From an uncultured Collinsella sp. (GTDB lineage: Bacteria > Actinomycetota > Coriobacteriia > Coriobacteriales > Coriobacteriaceae): 64,000 bases of DNA. The DNA lies in NCBI GenBank assembly GCA_900541885.1, contig UQKW01000002.1:71514-135513 (forward strand), read 5' to 3'. The notes below the pieces were generated by a model. The model was not told the origin of the DNA and made no database searches. It saw only the letters and a program-made list of their open reading frames with translations. Of this stretch, positions 38,752 to 49,334 are shown one piece after another. The first letter of the stretch is position 1. Each line of letters begins with the position of its first letter. A program made the position numbers and the translations under genes.

Positions 38752-39975
38752 ATGGGACGTTTTACCAATCCTCGCGATCTGTACTTTGGTGAGGGCGCTC
38801 GCCACGAGGTGAAGAACCTCAAGGGCAAGAAGGCCATCATCGTTTCTGGCGGCAGCTCTATGCGCCGCGGCGGGTTCCTGCAGGACGTCGAGAACGACCT
38901 TAAGGAAGGCGGTTTCGAGGTCAAGCTGTTCGAAGGCGTCGAGTCCGACCCGTCCATCGAGACGGTCATGAAGGGCGCCGAGGCCATGCGCGAGTTCGAG
39001 CCCGACTGGATTATCGCCATCGGTGGCGGCTCGCCCATCGATGCCGCTAAGGCCATGTGGGTCTTCTACGAGTATCCCGAGGAGTCCTTCGATAACATCA
39101 TCCAGCCGTTCAGCTTCCCCGAGCTGCGTCAGAAGGCTCATTTCTGCGCCATCTCCTCTACCTCCGGCACCGCTACCGAGGTCACTGCCTTCTCCGTCAT
39201 TACCGACTACGCCAAGGGCATCAAGTACCCGCTGGCCGACTTCAACATCACCCCTGATGTCGCCATCGTCGACCCCGAGCTCACCTACACCATGCCCGCC
39301 AAGCTGTGCGCTCATACCGGCATGGACGCTCTGACCCACTGCATGGAGGCCTACGTTTCCACCTGCGCCTCTATGTTCACCGACGCCAACGCTCTGCACG
39401 GCATCCGCGAGATCGTCGAGTGGCTGCCCAAGTCCTATGCTGGCGACCATGAGGCCCGTCAGCACATGCACGAGGCTCAGTGCATCGCCGGTATCGCCTT
39501 CTCCTCGGGCCTGCTCGGCATCGTTCACTCCATGGCTCACAAGACCGGCGCTGCCTTCGAGAACGGCCACATCATCCACGGTGCTGCCAACGCCATGTAC
39601 CTGGGCAAGGTTATCCAGTGGAACTCCAAGGACCCGCGCGCTGCTGAGCGTTACGCTTACGTGGCCAAGGAGATCCTGCACCTTCCCGGCGAGACCAACG
39701 AGGAGCTCATCGCTGCGCTCGTCCAGAAGATTCGCGACCTCAACGACCAGCTCAACATTCCGCAGTCCATCAAGGATTACGCGAATGGTGGCGTGAAGGT
39801 CGACGCCGAGAACCCGCAGATGGTTTCCGAGGAGGAGTTCCTCGCCAAGCTGCCCGAGATCGCCGCGAACGCCGAGCAGGACGCCTGCACGCCCGAGAAC
39901 CCGCGTGAGACCAAGGCTGCCGACTTCGAGAAGATTCTCAAGGCCTGCTACTACGACACCGACATCGATTTCTAA
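38752..39975 (+). CDS. Iron-containing (group III) alcohol dehydrogenase
   Basis: GGGSPIDAAKAM NAD motif and metal-binding His residues. Start placed at MGRFTNP, which has a ggagg RBS. Confidence 0.85.
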   Translation: MGRFTNPRDLYFGEGARHEVKNLKGKKAIIVSGGSSMRRGGFLQDVENDLKEGGFEVKLFEGVESDPSIETVMKGAEAMREFEPDWIIAIGGGSPIDAAKAMWVFYEYPEESFDNIIQPFSFPELRQKAHFCAISSTSGTATEVTAFSVITDYAKGIKYPLADFNITPDVAIVDPELTYTMPAKLCAHTGMDALTHCMEAYVSTCASMFTDANALHGIREIVEWLPKSYAGDHEARQHMHEAQCIAGIAFSSGLLGIVHSMAHKTGAAFENGHIIHGAANAMYLGKVIQWNSKDPRAAERYAYVAKEILHLPGETNEELIAALVQKIRDLNDQLNIPQSIKDYANGGVKVDAENPQMVSEEEFLAKLPEIAANAEQDACTPENPRETKAADFEKILKACYYDTDIDF

Positions 39976-39996
39976 TCGACTCTTGTTATCGTAACG

Positions 39997-40036
39997 AGGG
40001 GCTCCGCACGTATCTGTACGGAGCCCCTTTTTTTCT
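39997..40036 (+). terminator. Rho-independent terminator after the Fe-ADH
   Basis: ggggctccg...cggagcccc followed by tttttttc. Confidence 0.65.
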
Positions 40037-40055
40037 TTTAGAGAATGGGATAAAA

Positions 40056-41156
40056 ATGGCTGCAATCTTCAATAGCCCCAGCAAGTACATCCAGGGTCCG
40101 GACGAGCTCGCCAAGCTCGGCTCCTATGTCGAGCCGCTCGGCGCTAAGGCCCTCGTCATCGTGACGCCTTCGGGCAAGAAGCGCGTTGGTGCCAAGATCG
40201 AGGGCAGCTTTGCCGAGGCTAAGGCCGAGCTGCTGTTTGAGGACTTTAACGGCGAGTGCTCCAAGGGCGAGGTCGATCGCCTGGTTGCGCTCGCTCGCGA
40301 CAACGGTTGCGACATCATCGTCGGTGTCGGTGGCGGCAAGATCCTCGATACCGCGAAGGCTGTTGCCTATTACCTGGAGTCCCCGGTTATCATTTGCCCC
40401 ACCATCGCTTCGACCGATGCACCGTGCTCGGCACTTTCGGTGCTCTACACCGATGACGGCCAGTTCGATAAGTACCTGTTCCTTAAGGCAAACCCCAACA
40501 TTGTCCTGATGGATACGACGGTTATCGCGGCGAGCCCGGTGCGCCTGACGGTTTCCGGTATGGGCGATGCGCTCGCAACCTACTTTGAGGCCCAGGCGAC
40601 GCACGATGCCGACGGCGGCACTTGCGCTGGCGGCAAGGGCGGTATGGCTGGTCTGGCGCTCGCCAAGCTCTGCTACGAGACGCTTATGGCCGATGGCGTC
40701 AAGGCCAAGGTCGCGCTGGAGAAGGGTGCGCTCACGCCTGCCGTTGAGCACATCATCGAGGCAAACACGCTGCTTTCGGGCATTGGCTTTGAGAGCTCGG
40801 GCCTTGCTGCTGCTCATGCCATCCACAATGGCCTGACGATGCTGCCCGAGTGCCACGGCATGTATCACGGCGAGAAGGTCGCCTTTGGCACCATCGTCCA
40901 GCTGGTACTCGAGGATGCCCCGACCGAGAAGCTCGAGGAAGTCTTGGGCTTCTGCATTGAGCTGGGCCTGCCGGTTACGATGAAGGAACTTGGCGTTGCC
41001 GAGCTTACGCGCGAGCAGGCCATGATTGTTGCCGAGGCCGCCTGCGCGCCCGATGACACCATGTGCAACATGCCGTTTGAGGTGACGCCCGAGATGGTTG
41101 CAAACGCCATTCTGGGTGCCGACGCACTGGGTCACTACTACCTTATGGATGAGTAA
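40056..41156 (+). CDS. gldA: Glycerol dehydrogenase family protein
   Basis: GVGGGKILDTAKAVAY, SGMGDALATYFEA. 366 aa, the GldA size. Confidence 0.8.
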   Translation: MAAIFNSPSKYIQGPDELAKLGSYVEPLGAKALVIVTPSGKKRVGAKIEGSFAEAKAELLFEDFNGECSKGEVDRLVALARDNGCDIIVGVGGGKILDTAKAVAYYLESPVIICPTIASTDAPCSALSVLYTDDGQFDKYLFLKANPNIVLMDTTVIAASPVRLTVSGMGDALATYFEAQATHDADGGTCAGGKGGMAGLALAKLCYETLMADGVKAKVALEKGALTPAVEHIIEANTLLSGIGFESSGLAAAHAIHNGLTMLPECHGMYHGEKVAFGTIVQLVLEDAPTEKLEEVLGFCIELGLPVTMKELGVAELTREQAMIVAEAACAPDDTMCNMPFEVTPEMVANAILGADALGHYYLMDE

Positions 41157-41170
41157 ACTAAGGTAAGGAA

Positions 41171-41205
41171 GGGGCAAAGCCGACAGAAGGCTTTGCCCCT
41201 TTTTG
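41171..41205 (+). terminator. Rho-independent terminator after the first gldA
   Basis: ggggcaaagcc gacagaa ggctttgcccc followed by tttttgc. Confidence 0.65.
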
Positions 41206-41269
41206 CTATGGTGCAAAGGGGTCAGGTTGCTTTGTACCAATTGTTGTTGATGAAAGGGCGGATTCTCGT

Positions 41270-42337
41270 ATGGCGCTTCCCATGGTTTATGGCGGTCCCG
41301 GACGATATGTTCAGGGGCCGGGTGAGCTCTCGCGTCAGGGCAGGTATTTGTCATGGTTGGGCTGCGCTGCCTATGTCTTGTTTGACCAAGGCACCGAGGA
41401 TCGGCTGTGCAGGCAGATCGTCGATGGATTTCTGGATGAAGATCTAAGCGAGCCGTTCTTTAAGATTTACAACGGTCCGTGTACGGAAGATGCCGTTGTC
41501 GAAATGGCTAAGGAAGCTCGGGCTGAGTATTGCGACATGGTGGTGGGTATTGGCGGCGGCAAGATGCTCGATATCGCCAAGGCCGTTGCGTTTTATGCCG
41601 AGTTGCCGTTGTGCGTATGTCCCACGGCGGCGTCGATGGACGGTCCGTGCAGCGCGATTTCGGTGCTGTATCACGAGGATGGGTCGTTCGACCGCTACCT
41701 GATGCTCGAGAAGAATCCAGACCTGGTCGTGGTCGATACCAACGTGGTCGCGGCGGCCCCGCTGCGTATGACGGTCGCTGGCATGGGCGATGCACTGACA
41801 ACGTACTTCGAGGCGCGTTCGTGCGCCGCGGCGCACGGCGTCAACGAACACGGTGGCGCGCCGGGGCACTTGGCTTTGGTTGCGGCTCGTGCCTGCTATG
41901 ACACACTCATGGAGTGCGGCGTCGCTGCCAAGCGCGATCTCAAAAAGGGCCGTATATCGCCGGCGGTTGAGCGCCTGATCGAGTGCAATATTCTGCTCTC
42001 GGGCGTCGGCTTTGAGAGCGGTGGCTTGGCGTTGGCACATGCCATCGCCAACGGGTTGACGATCCTGCCCGAGTGCAAGGCCATGCATGGTGAGGCCGTG
42101 GCATTTGGCCTAGTGGTCCAGCTTCGTTTGGAGCGTGCGCCCGAGCTTGATCAGGTGCTCGAGTTTTGCCAGCGCGTCGGCCTACCGACGACGCTCGCGG
42201 AGCTGGGACTTGGCGAGATTTCCGTTACCGACCTGATGAGCGTTGCAGATGCGGCCTTTAGAAACGAACGCAATATGGCCAACGAGCAGGCCAAGGTGAC
42301 CAGACAAAAGCTCGTGCAGCTCATGTGCGAGGCATAG
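41270..42337 (+). CDS. Glycerol dehydrogenase family protein, second tandem paralogue
   Basis: GIGGGKMLDIAKAVAFY, AGMGDALTTYFEA. 355 aa. Confidence 0.75.
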   Translation: MALPMVYGGPGRYVQGPGELSRQGRYLSWLGCAAYVLFDQGTEDRLCRQIVDGFLDEDLSEPFFKIYNGPCTEDAVVEMAKEARAEYCDMVVGIGGGKMLDIAKAVAFYAELPLCVCPTAASMDGPCSAISVLYHEDGSFDRYLMLEKNPDLVVVDTNVVAAAPLRMTVAGMGDALTTYFEARSCAAAHGVNEHGGAPGHLALVAARACYDTLMECGVAAKRDLKKGRISPAVERLIECNILLSGVGFESGGLALAHAIANGLTILPECKAMHGEAVAFGLVVQLRLERAPELDQVLEFCQRVGLPTTLAELGLGEISVTDLMSVADAAFRNERNMANEQAKVTRQKLVQLMCEA

Positions 42338-42488
42338 CTTGGCACTTGATTGACCTTGTGCAATCGAGGCGGCGATAGGCCATGGGCTATTTGCCGCAAA
42401 GATGCTCCGCGTGTAATTTGCCCGAGGCACGGGCCGATAGCGTATCATTATCTCTTGCTTGTTTGCACTGCTCAGGGAGGGGCCGCGC

Positions 42489-43742
42489 ATGGCGCAGGAA
42501 CACGATCTGTTTGATGACATTATCGAGATCAGCAAGGGTTTCGACTTTCTTAAAAACCCGCTTGGCGGCGTGACCGATGCACTCGATCCGTCGGCGCCGC
42601 AGTGGAATCCTGCCGACTACAAGGAGCGCCCGCGCGGCAACACCATTCCGTGCCTGACCTGCAAAAACGAAAAGAGCGGCTGCACCGCGTGCATGGACGT
42701 GTGCCCGGTCAACGCTATCGAGGTCGAGGAAGACGCCATTGAGATCCTCGACTCCTGCCGCAAGTGCGGTCTGTGCGCCGCTGCCTGCCCGACCGAGGCG
42801 ATCATCTCGCCGCGCCTGGCGCCTAAAAACCTGTATGACGATATCGTCTCCGCTGCTACGAGCCACGAGACCGCCTACGTCACCTGCACACGCGCCCTCA
42901 AGCGCATGCCGCGCGAAAACGAGGTCGTCGTTGCCTGCGTGGGCGATATTACGGCCGAGACCTGGTTCTCGGTACTGGCGGACTATCCCAACGTGAGCGT
43001 CTACCTGCCACTGGGCGTGTGCGATAAGTGCCGCAACACCGGCGGTGAGGACATTCTGGGCGAGGCCATTGCTACCGCCGAGGAGTGGGCGGGTACGGGC
43101 ATGGGCCTGGAGGTCGACCCCAAGAGCCTCAAATGCCATAAGCGCCGCGAGTACGAGCGCAAGGAGTACATGGATAAGATTGCCCGCACCACGGGCCTGA
43201 CGGTGACCAAGCTCAATCCGGCGACGGCGGCGCTGGCCTCGGTGACGCAGAAGTTGAAGGCTCACCGTCACCAGATCACGCAGCTCGAGCGCACGCTCAA
43301 CACCATGTGCGGCACCACGACGACCAAGCGTCGCCGTTCGCTCACGCACGGGCGGCAGCTGGTGCTCTCGACGCTGCAGAACCACCCCGAGCTTGCCCAG
43401 AATATGCAGGTGAGCACACCGGAATGCGATTTTGACAAGTGCACGTCGTGCGGCGAGTGCGTCAACGTGTGCCCCACGTTTGCCTGCGATTTGGTGGGAA
43501 GCGGTCGCTTTGCACTGGAGTCCACGTATTGCCTAGGTTGCGGAGCCTGCGTCAAGGTGTGCCCCGAGCATGCGCTCAAGCTGGTCGAGCACGATGCGTC
43601 CAATCTGGTCGTTGTCGACCCCGAGGCCGAGGAAAAGGCCGCTCAGAAGGCCAAGGCCCACGAAGAGGCCCAGAAGGCCAAGGCCGAGGCAAAGGCCAAG
43701 CTTGACAAGATGCTCGATCAGGTGGAGAAGCTCGCGGACTAG
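42489..43742 (+). CDS. 4Fe-4S dicluster domain protein with a lysine/glutamate-rich C-terminal tail
   Basis: Two pairs of CxxCxxC...CP ferredoxin motifs (CTACMDVCP / CRKCGLCAAACP and CTSCGECVNVCP / CLGCGACVKVCP). Tail EEKAAQKAKAHEEAQKAKAEAKAK. Confidence 0.75.
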   Translation: MAQEHDLFDDIIEISKGFDFLKNPLGGVTDALDPSAPQWNPADYKERPRGNTIPCLTCKNEKSGCTACMDVCPVNAIEVEEDAIEILDSCRKCGLCAAACPTEAIISPRLAPKNLYDDIVSAATSHETAYVTCTRALKRMPRENEVVVACVGDITAETWFSVLADYPNVSVYLPLGVCDKCRNTGGEDILGEAIATAEEWAGTGMGLEVDPKSLKCHKRREYERKEYMDKIARTTGLTVTKLNPATAALASVTQKLKAHRHQITQLERTLNTMCGTTTTKRRRSLTHGRQLVLSTLQNHPELAQNMQVSTPECDFDKCTSCGECVNVCPTFACDLVGSGRFALESTYCLGCGACVKVCPEHALKLVEHDASNLVVVDPEAEEKAAQKAKAHEEAQKAKAEAKAKLDKMLDQVEKLAD

Positions 43743-43856
43743 TCAGCGAGCTCTATCTCTGCTTCATTTGCGCCGCCGCGGTGTCCGGATTCGCCCGGAT
43801 GCTGCGGCGGCGCTATACTTATACGGTTTGAAGTACCTGTACCAAAAGGAGCTGTC

Positions 43857-44933
43857 GTGTCCCTTTCCATCGGTATCGTGGGCCTGCCCAACGTGGGCAA
43901 GTCGACGCTGTTCACCGCGCTTACCAAAAAGACCGGCCTTGCCGCCAACTACCCGTTTGCCACGATCGACCCCAACGTGGGTATCGTCGACGTGCCCGAT
44001 AGCCGCTTGCAAAAGCTTGCCGACATCGTTAACCCGGGCCGCATTGTGCCGGCGACGGTCGAGTTCGTCGACATCGCAGGTCTGGTGAAGGGCGCCAACG
44101 AGGGCGAGGGCCTGGGCAACCAGTTCCTGGCCAACATTCGCGAGACCGACGCCATCTGCGAGGTCGTGCGCTACTTTAAGGACCCCAACGTCATGCGTGA
44201 GGTGGGCCGCACGGGCGAGTTCGTCGATCCCGCCGGCGATGCCGACACCATCATGACCGAGCTCATCCTGGCCGACATGGGCACGCTCGAGAAGCAGCTG
44301 CCCAAGCTCGAGAAGGAGGCCAAGCGCGACAAGGAGCTCATGCCCAAGTTCGAGGTCGCCAAGCGCCTGCTTGCCTGGCTCAACGAGGGCAAGCGCGCCG
44401 CATCCATGGAGATGACCGACGAGGAGCGTGCCGCCGCCAAGGGGCTGTTCCTGCTCACCATGAAGCCCATCCTGTATGTGGCCAACGTGGACGAGGATAT
44501 GCTCAACGACGACCTGGCGCCCATCGATGGCGTCAAGCCGTTGCCCATCTGCGCCAAGATTGAGGCCGAGCTTTCCGAGCTCGATCCCGAGGACGCCGCC
44601 GACTACCTGGAGAGCCTGGGCCTGGAACAGCCCGGTCTGGACGTGCTCGCGCAGGCGGCCTATAAGCTGCTCGGTCTGCAGTCGTTCTTTACGGCCGGCG
44701 AGATGGAGGTCAAGGCCTGGACGGTTCGTCAGGGCGCGACCGCCCCGCAGGCCGCCGGCGTCATCCACACCGATTTTGAGCGCGGCTTTATTAAGGCCGA
44801 GGTCATTGGCTATGACGACTACATCGAGCTCGGCGGTGAGCAGGGCGCCAAGGCCGCCGGCAAACTGCGTATTGAGGGCAAGGACTATGTTATGGCCGAT
44901 GGCGACGTCGTGCACTTCCGCTTTAATGTGTAA
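43857..44933 (+). CDS. ychF: Ribosome-binding ATPase YchF (Obg family)
   Basis: G1 [19 protein letters not shown], and a C-terminal TGS domain. Confidence 0.9.
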   Translation: MSLSIGIVGLPNVGKSTLFTALTKKTGLAANYPFATIDPNVGIVDVPDSRLQKLADIVNPGRIVPATVEFVDIAGLVKGANEGEGLGNQFLANIRETDAICEVVRYFKDPNVMREVGRTGEFVDPAGDADTIMTELILADMGTLEKQLPKLEKEAKRDKELMPKFEVAKRLLAWLNEGKRAASMEMTDEERAAAKGLFLLTMKPILYVANVDEDMLNDDLAPIDGVKPLPICAKIEAELSELDPEDAADYLESLGLEQPGLDVLAQAAYKLLGLQSFFTAGEMEVKAWTVRQGATAPQAAGVIHTDFERGFIKAEVIGYDDYIELGGEQGAKAAGKLRIEGKDYVMADGDVVHFRFNV

Positions 44934-44944
44934 GGACGACGCGC

Positions 44945-45328
44945 ATGTTTCAATATGGCAAAAAAGCTGGCTACATGGGTATTGCGCTGCTCGTACTTGC
45001 GGTGATTCCGCTGGTGGTTGCAGCGTTTGTTATCCCCAACATTGGCCCCGAGGTGGCAACGAAGTTTAACGCAGCCGGCGAGGTGACGCGCTGGGGCAAG
45101 AGCTACGAGCTGCTGGCACTGCCGGTGCTCAACCTACTGCTGAGCGTGGCGACGTACTTTACGGCGGGACGCCAGGCTAAAAACAATGATGACTCCGCCG
45201 CCATGGCGCGCATCGTGTGCGAGCGCTACCTGCGCAACGGCTGCATCACGGGTGTGTTCCTCAACGTGATCAACGTTTACTTTATGTACTCGGCGATTAC
45301 CGGAACGGGCTTTGGCTTTGGTTTCTAG
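44945..45328 (+). CDS. Small integral membrane protein (3-4 TM)
   Basis: Hydrophobic segments. No recognisable motif. Confidence 0.5.
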   Translation: MFQYGKKAGYMGIALLVLAVIPLVVAAFVIPNIGPEVATKFNAAGEVTRWGKSYELLALPVLNLLLSVATYFTAGRQAKNNDDSAAMARIVCERYLRNGCITGVFLNVINVYFMYSAITGTGFGFGF

Positions 45329-45337
45329 CTTGTCCTT

Positions 45338-45727
45338 TTAGGCAACGAGCCTGCACGCATATTCAATGGCTGCTGCGAGGCCGCCGCTCGATCGTGGTTT
45401 AAAGACCATGTCGGCGGCGGCCTCGTTTTCGTATCCGGCGCCGCGAAGGGCAAGTGCGATACCGGCTTCCAGGAGAAGGGGCAGACCGCGTTGGCTGGTT
45501 GCGATCACGGCAGCCTGATTGAGCGAGCAGCTGTGCGCCTGGCATTGGATAGCAAGTTCACCTTGCGCCGGGCAAGGGACCAGAACGGCGGCGACGCGAC
45601 TTGATAGCAATACAAATGCTGTGCGCTCATCGGGCGAAAGGCATTCGGCCTCAACGACGACGAGCTTGAGCGGTGCGCTGTTTGTGCGAAGCGTGGCTCG
45701 GTACATGCGGACCGAAGAACCCGACAT
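45338..45727 (-). CDS. Hypothetical protein (~129 aa)
   Basis: ATG at 45727 with an aggag RBS. The TTG at 45751 given in the track overlaps the operator palindrome. Confidence 0.5.
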   Translation of the reverse strand: MSGSSVRMYRATLRTNSAPLKLVVVEAECLSPDERTAFVLLSSRVAAVLVPCPAQGELAIQCQAHSCSLNQAAVIATSQRGLPLLLEAGIALALRGAGYENEAAADMVFKPRSSGGLAAAIEYACRLVA

Positions 45728-45750
45728 AGAAAACTCCTGTGTATTCGGCA

Positions 45751-45774
45751 AAACGTAAACTATAGTTTACGTTT
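45751..45774. promoter_or_regulatory. Perfect 24-bp palindrome (aaacgtaaactatagtttacgttt) between divergent genes, a probable operator of the XRE regulator
   Basis: The sequence is identical to its reverse complement. It is centred in the 76-bp divergent intergenic region. Confidence 0.6.
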
Positions 45775-45803
45775 ATGTTCGGCTCCATTTCAAACTCGGC
45801 TGC

Positions 45804-46022
45804 ATGGACGAACGTGCGAAACAGATTCTTGGCAGGCGGGTCGAAGAGACACGCAGAGACCTTGGTATCTCCAAGGTTGATTTTTGTGTGGCAACAGGAA
45901 TCAGCCGACCCTACCTCGACCGAATCGAAGATGGGACGGCAAATTTCACGCTCAAGGTTCTATTTAAGATCGCGCCCGCGCTTGGCATGACGGTATCAGA
46001 GCTTCTCGAGGGCATCGAATAG
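45804..46022 (+). CDS. XRE-family (Cro/C1-type) HTH transcriptional regulator
   Basis: HTH ISKVDFCVATGISRPYLDRIEDG. Confidence 0.75.
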   Translation: MDERAKQILGRRVEETRRDLGISKVDFCVATGISRPYLDRIEDGTANFTLKVLFKIAPALGMTVSELLEGIE

Positions 46023-46344
46023 GGCGTTCCCCCGCTGCTATTTGACGCTCTTTGGGCGGGTCCCCCTGGTTGCGATGTGCAAAATCGCGAGTATTCAGCA
46101 CCAGTTCGGCTGTAGACGGTAGCTTGAGCGGCTGGTTTTGCCTTTTTGGTAGTAGTTAATCCACACGTTAAATAAAAATGAGGAATAAATATTTACCAGA
46201 CGGCACCTTCGTCCTAAAAGTTCGTCTAACAATTGGCCGATTCTATGCCTCTGGCGGAGAAATTGCAGAATACTCCGTTTTTTGCACGGCCCGAGGGGGA
46301 CCACCTGTCGTTTGAGGCTGCGATAAGTGGAACTGCCTTAGGGA

Positions 46345-47358
46345 TTAGGCCATCGGGATGCGGTCGTGGTTGACTTGGCTGTAGAACAGGCGCTGAATCT
46401 CGGCCGCATCACGTGATTGGCCGAGCGCCCACATGGTTTTGGCCACGAGCGTCTCGGTGGTCATGTCGTCGCCGCGCAAAATGCCCGGATGATCGGCGTA
46501 GGCACGGCCGACCTCATAAACACCCAGGTCAAGGCCCTCTTCGGGGACCTGCGTGGTCATAACGACGGTGCGGCCCGAATCGACCCAGCGGAAAATCGCC
46601 TCTTGGAACGACTCACCCGACTCGCCAAACTCGGGGATACCGCCAATGCCAAAGGTCTCAAGGATTACAGCGGCGTAGCTATCGGCAAGGGCGTCGAGGA
46701 TGCCCGGGTTTACGCCGGGCGTGAGCTTGAGTACAAATACGCGCGGGTCGATGCTGTCGTAGAAACGCACCGGGTTTTCGCCCTGATGCGTGCCGTGAAG
46801 CCCGTTGCGCACGATGCGGTCATTGCGGATATAGGCGATGGGCGGATAGTTGACGCTAATGAACGCGTTAAAGCTCATGGTACGCTGCTTGCGGGCGCGC
46901 GTGCCGGCAATGGCGACGCCGCCAAACACAATCGAGACATCGTGCGAGTGCTCGTCGAGCGCATAGAGCAGGCTCTGGTACAGGTTGAGCTTGGCGTCGG
47001 TAAATGGATTGCCCATGGGCTTTTGCGAGCCGGTGAGCACGATGGGCTTGGGGCTGTCCTGAATCAGGTAGGAAAGCGCTGCCGCGGTGTAGCTCATGGT
47101 GTCGGTGCCGTGCAGAATCACGAAGCCGTCGTGGTCGGCATAACCCTCGACGATGACGTCGCGGATACGCATCCAGTCACTGGGGCGCATATTGGTGCTG
47201 TCGATGTTCATGGGCTGCACGACGTCGAGCTCGCAGAGGCCCGAGATCTCGGGGACGCTCTGGGCGAGCTCCTCACCGGTCAGGGCGGGGGAGAGGCCGT
47301 TGCCGTCCTCGGTCGATGCGATGGTGCCGCCCGTGGCGATGAGAAGGATGCGCTTCAT
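46345..47358 (-). CDS. L-asparaginase, type I
   Basis: N-terminal ILLIATGGTIAS and HGTDTM motifs. Start placed at MKRILL. Confidence 0.85.
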   Translation of the reverse strand: MKRILLIATGGTIASTEDGNGLSPALTGEELAQSVPEISGLCELDVVQPMNIDSTNMRPSDWMRIRDVIVEGYADHDGFVILHGTDTMSYTAAALSYLIQDSPKPIVLTGSQKPMGNPFTDAKLNLYQSLLYALDEHSHDVSIVFGGVAIAGTRARKQRTMSFNAFISVNYPPIAYIRNDRIVRNGLHGTHQGENPVRFYDSIDPRVFVLKLTPGVNPGILDALADSYAAVILETFGIGGIPEFGESGESFQEAIFRWVDSGRTVVMTTQVPEEGLDLGVYEVGRAYADHPGILRGDDMTTETLVAKTMWALGQSRDAAEIQRLFYSQVNHDRIPMA

Positions 47359-47625
47359 GCTGATATTCCTATCGTATTTGCCGCCGCAGAGGCGGAGTCG
47401 TTCGGCAGTATTGTGGCACAGGGCGTCCAATGTTCAAACGTATTACATCATCTGTAACGTCTGGTAACACTTCAATTACCGTCAAATAGGGCCCAGGTCG
47501 TGCGTTTGCCGTGCGCTGATGGCTGCGAGGGACGAGAAACCCCATATAACGTGTACACTATGTAAGCTGTTTTCGTTTATTCGCGCGGGTGGGCACCGGC
47601 TCCCCGCCAACAAGAGGGGGAAACC

Positions 47626-49224
47626 ATGGATCAAAAGGCTTCCGCAAAGGTCCTCGTACTCGACTTTGGTGCGCAGTACGGTCAGCTCATTGCCCGTCGC
47701 GTCCGCGACCTCAACGTGTATTCCGAGATTGTCCCCTGCGACATCTCGGCCGACGAGATTCGCGAAATGAACGCCTCTGCGCTCATCCTTTCCGGCGGCC
47801 CGGCCTCTGTGTATGCCGAGGACGCTCCGTCCATCGATCCTGCCATCTTTGACCTGGGCCTTCCCGTCCTGGGCTTTTGCTACGGCCATCAGATCACGGC
47901 CGTGACGCTCGGCGGCAAGGTCGGCCACTCCGAGGTGGGCGAGTACGGCCGCGCCACCATCACGCGCACGGCCGGCGCCAAGCTCTTTAACTCCACGCCC
48001 ATGGAGCAGACCGTGTGGATGAGCCACCGCGACGCCGTGTCCGAGGTGCCCGAGGGCTTTACCGTTACCGCCAGCACCGACGTGTGCCCGGTTGCCGCCA
48101 TGGAGTGCGTCGAGCGCAAGATTTTCACCACGCAGTTCCACCCCGAGGTCAAGCACTCTGAGTACGGTCAGCAGCTGCTGAGCAACTTCCTGTTTGAGAT
48201 CTGCGGCCTGGAGCCCAATTGGAGCATGGACAACCTGGTCGAGACCATGACGGCCGAGTTCCGCGAGAAGGTCGGCGACGACCGCGTGATTCTGGCCCTG
48301 TCCGGTGGCGTCGACTCCTCCGTCGTGGCTGCGCTGGGCGCCCGCGCCGTGGGCAAGCAGATGACCTGCGTGTTTATCAACCACGGCCTGCTGCGCAAGG
48401 GCGAGCCCGAGCAGGTGGAGGAGGTCTTCACCAAGCAGTTTGACGTCGACTTTATCCACGTCCACGCCGAGGACCGCTATGCCGAGCTTCTGGCCGGCGT
48501 GACCGAGCCCGAGGAGAAGCGCCGCATCATCGGCACACAGTTCTGGAAAGAGTTCTTCGCCGTGGCCCAGCAGCTCGAGACCGATGGCAAGCCGGTCAAG
48601 TACCTGGCCCAGGGCACCATTTACCCCGACATCATCGAGTCCGGTGCGCGCAAGACGGGCGGCAAGACGGCCACCATCAAGAGCCACCACAACCTGATCC
48701 CGTTCCCCGAGGGCGTGCACTTCGATCTCATCGAGCCGCTCGACCACTTCTTTAAGGACGAGGTCCGCGCGCTTGGTCTGGCGCTTGGCCTGCCGGGTCA
48801 CATCGTGTTCCGTCAGCCCTTCCCGGGCCCGGGTCTTGCCATCCGCATCATCGGCGCGGTCGACAAGGAGAAGCTCGAGATCCTCAAGAACGCCGATGCT
48901 ATTGTGCGCGAGGAGCTCGACGCCTACAACCAGCGTCTGTTTGAGCAGACCGGTGAGCGCAACTCCGAGCACAGCTGCTGGCAGTACTTCGCCGTCCTGC
49001 CCGACATCAAGTCTGTCGGCGTTATGGGTGACGAGCGCACCTATCAGCGCCCGATTATCCTTCGCGCCGTCGAGTCCAGCGACGCCATGACCGCCGACTG
49101 GGCCAAGCTGCCCTACGATGTTCTGGCCCGCATCTCCGGCCGCATCGTGGCCGAGGTTCCCGGTGCCAACCGCGTGTGCTACGACATCACGTCCAAGCCG
49201 CCCGCGACCATCGAGTGGGAGTAG
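47626..49224 (+). CDS. guaA: GMP synthase (glutamine-hydrolysing)
   Basis: GATase and ATP-pyrophosphatase domain (SGGVDSSV), C-terminal ...IEWE. Confidence 0.9.
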   Translation: MDQKASAKVLVLDFGAQYGQLIARRVRDLNVYSEIVPCDISADEIREMNASALILSGGPASVYAEDAPSIDPAIFDLGLPVLGFCYGHQITAVTLGGKVGHSEVGEYGRATITRTAGAKLFNSTPMEQTVWMSHRDAVSEVPEGFTVTASTDVCPVAAMECVERKIFTTQFHPEVKHSEYGQQLLSNFLFEICGLEPNWSMDNLVETMTAEFREKVGDDRVILALSGGVDSSVVAALGARAVGKQMTCVFINHGLLRKGEPEQVEEVFTKQFDVDFIHVHAEDRYAELLAGVTEPEEKRRIIGTQFWKEFFAVAQQLETDGKPVKYLAQGTIYPDIIESGARKTGGKTATIKSHHNLIPFPEGVHFDLIEPLDHFFKDEVRALGLALGLPGHIVFRQPFPGPGLAIRIIGAVDKEKLEILKNADAIVREELDAYNQRLFEQTGERNSEHSCWQYFAVLPDIKSVGVMGDERTYQRPIILRAVESSDAMTADWAKLPYDVLARISGRIVAEVPGANRVCYDITSKPPATIEWE

Positions 49225-49334
49225 GCTGATAGGGTTATGACCTGGACTTTTGAGTGCCGCACTGTGCCGCTGAGTTTCTTTTCGTACGAGAGTCATGGCA
49301 AAGCCGCCAGCGACGGCGGTGAGTAAAAGCGATT

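Noticed and set aside
38545-40065. 506-aa minus-strand ORF
   Set aside because: Antisense to the Fe-ADH gene, which has clear motifs.
43742-43800. Hairpin gcgccgccgc...gcggcggcgc after the 4Fe-4S gene as a terminator
   Set aside because: Strong 10-bp stem, but no following U-tract. Left unannotated as uncertain.
47480-47625. Purine riboswitch upstream of guaA
   Set aside because: No match to the guanine-riboswitch three-way-junction consensus.
47482-49296. 604-aa minus-strand ORF
   Set aside because: Antisense to guaA.
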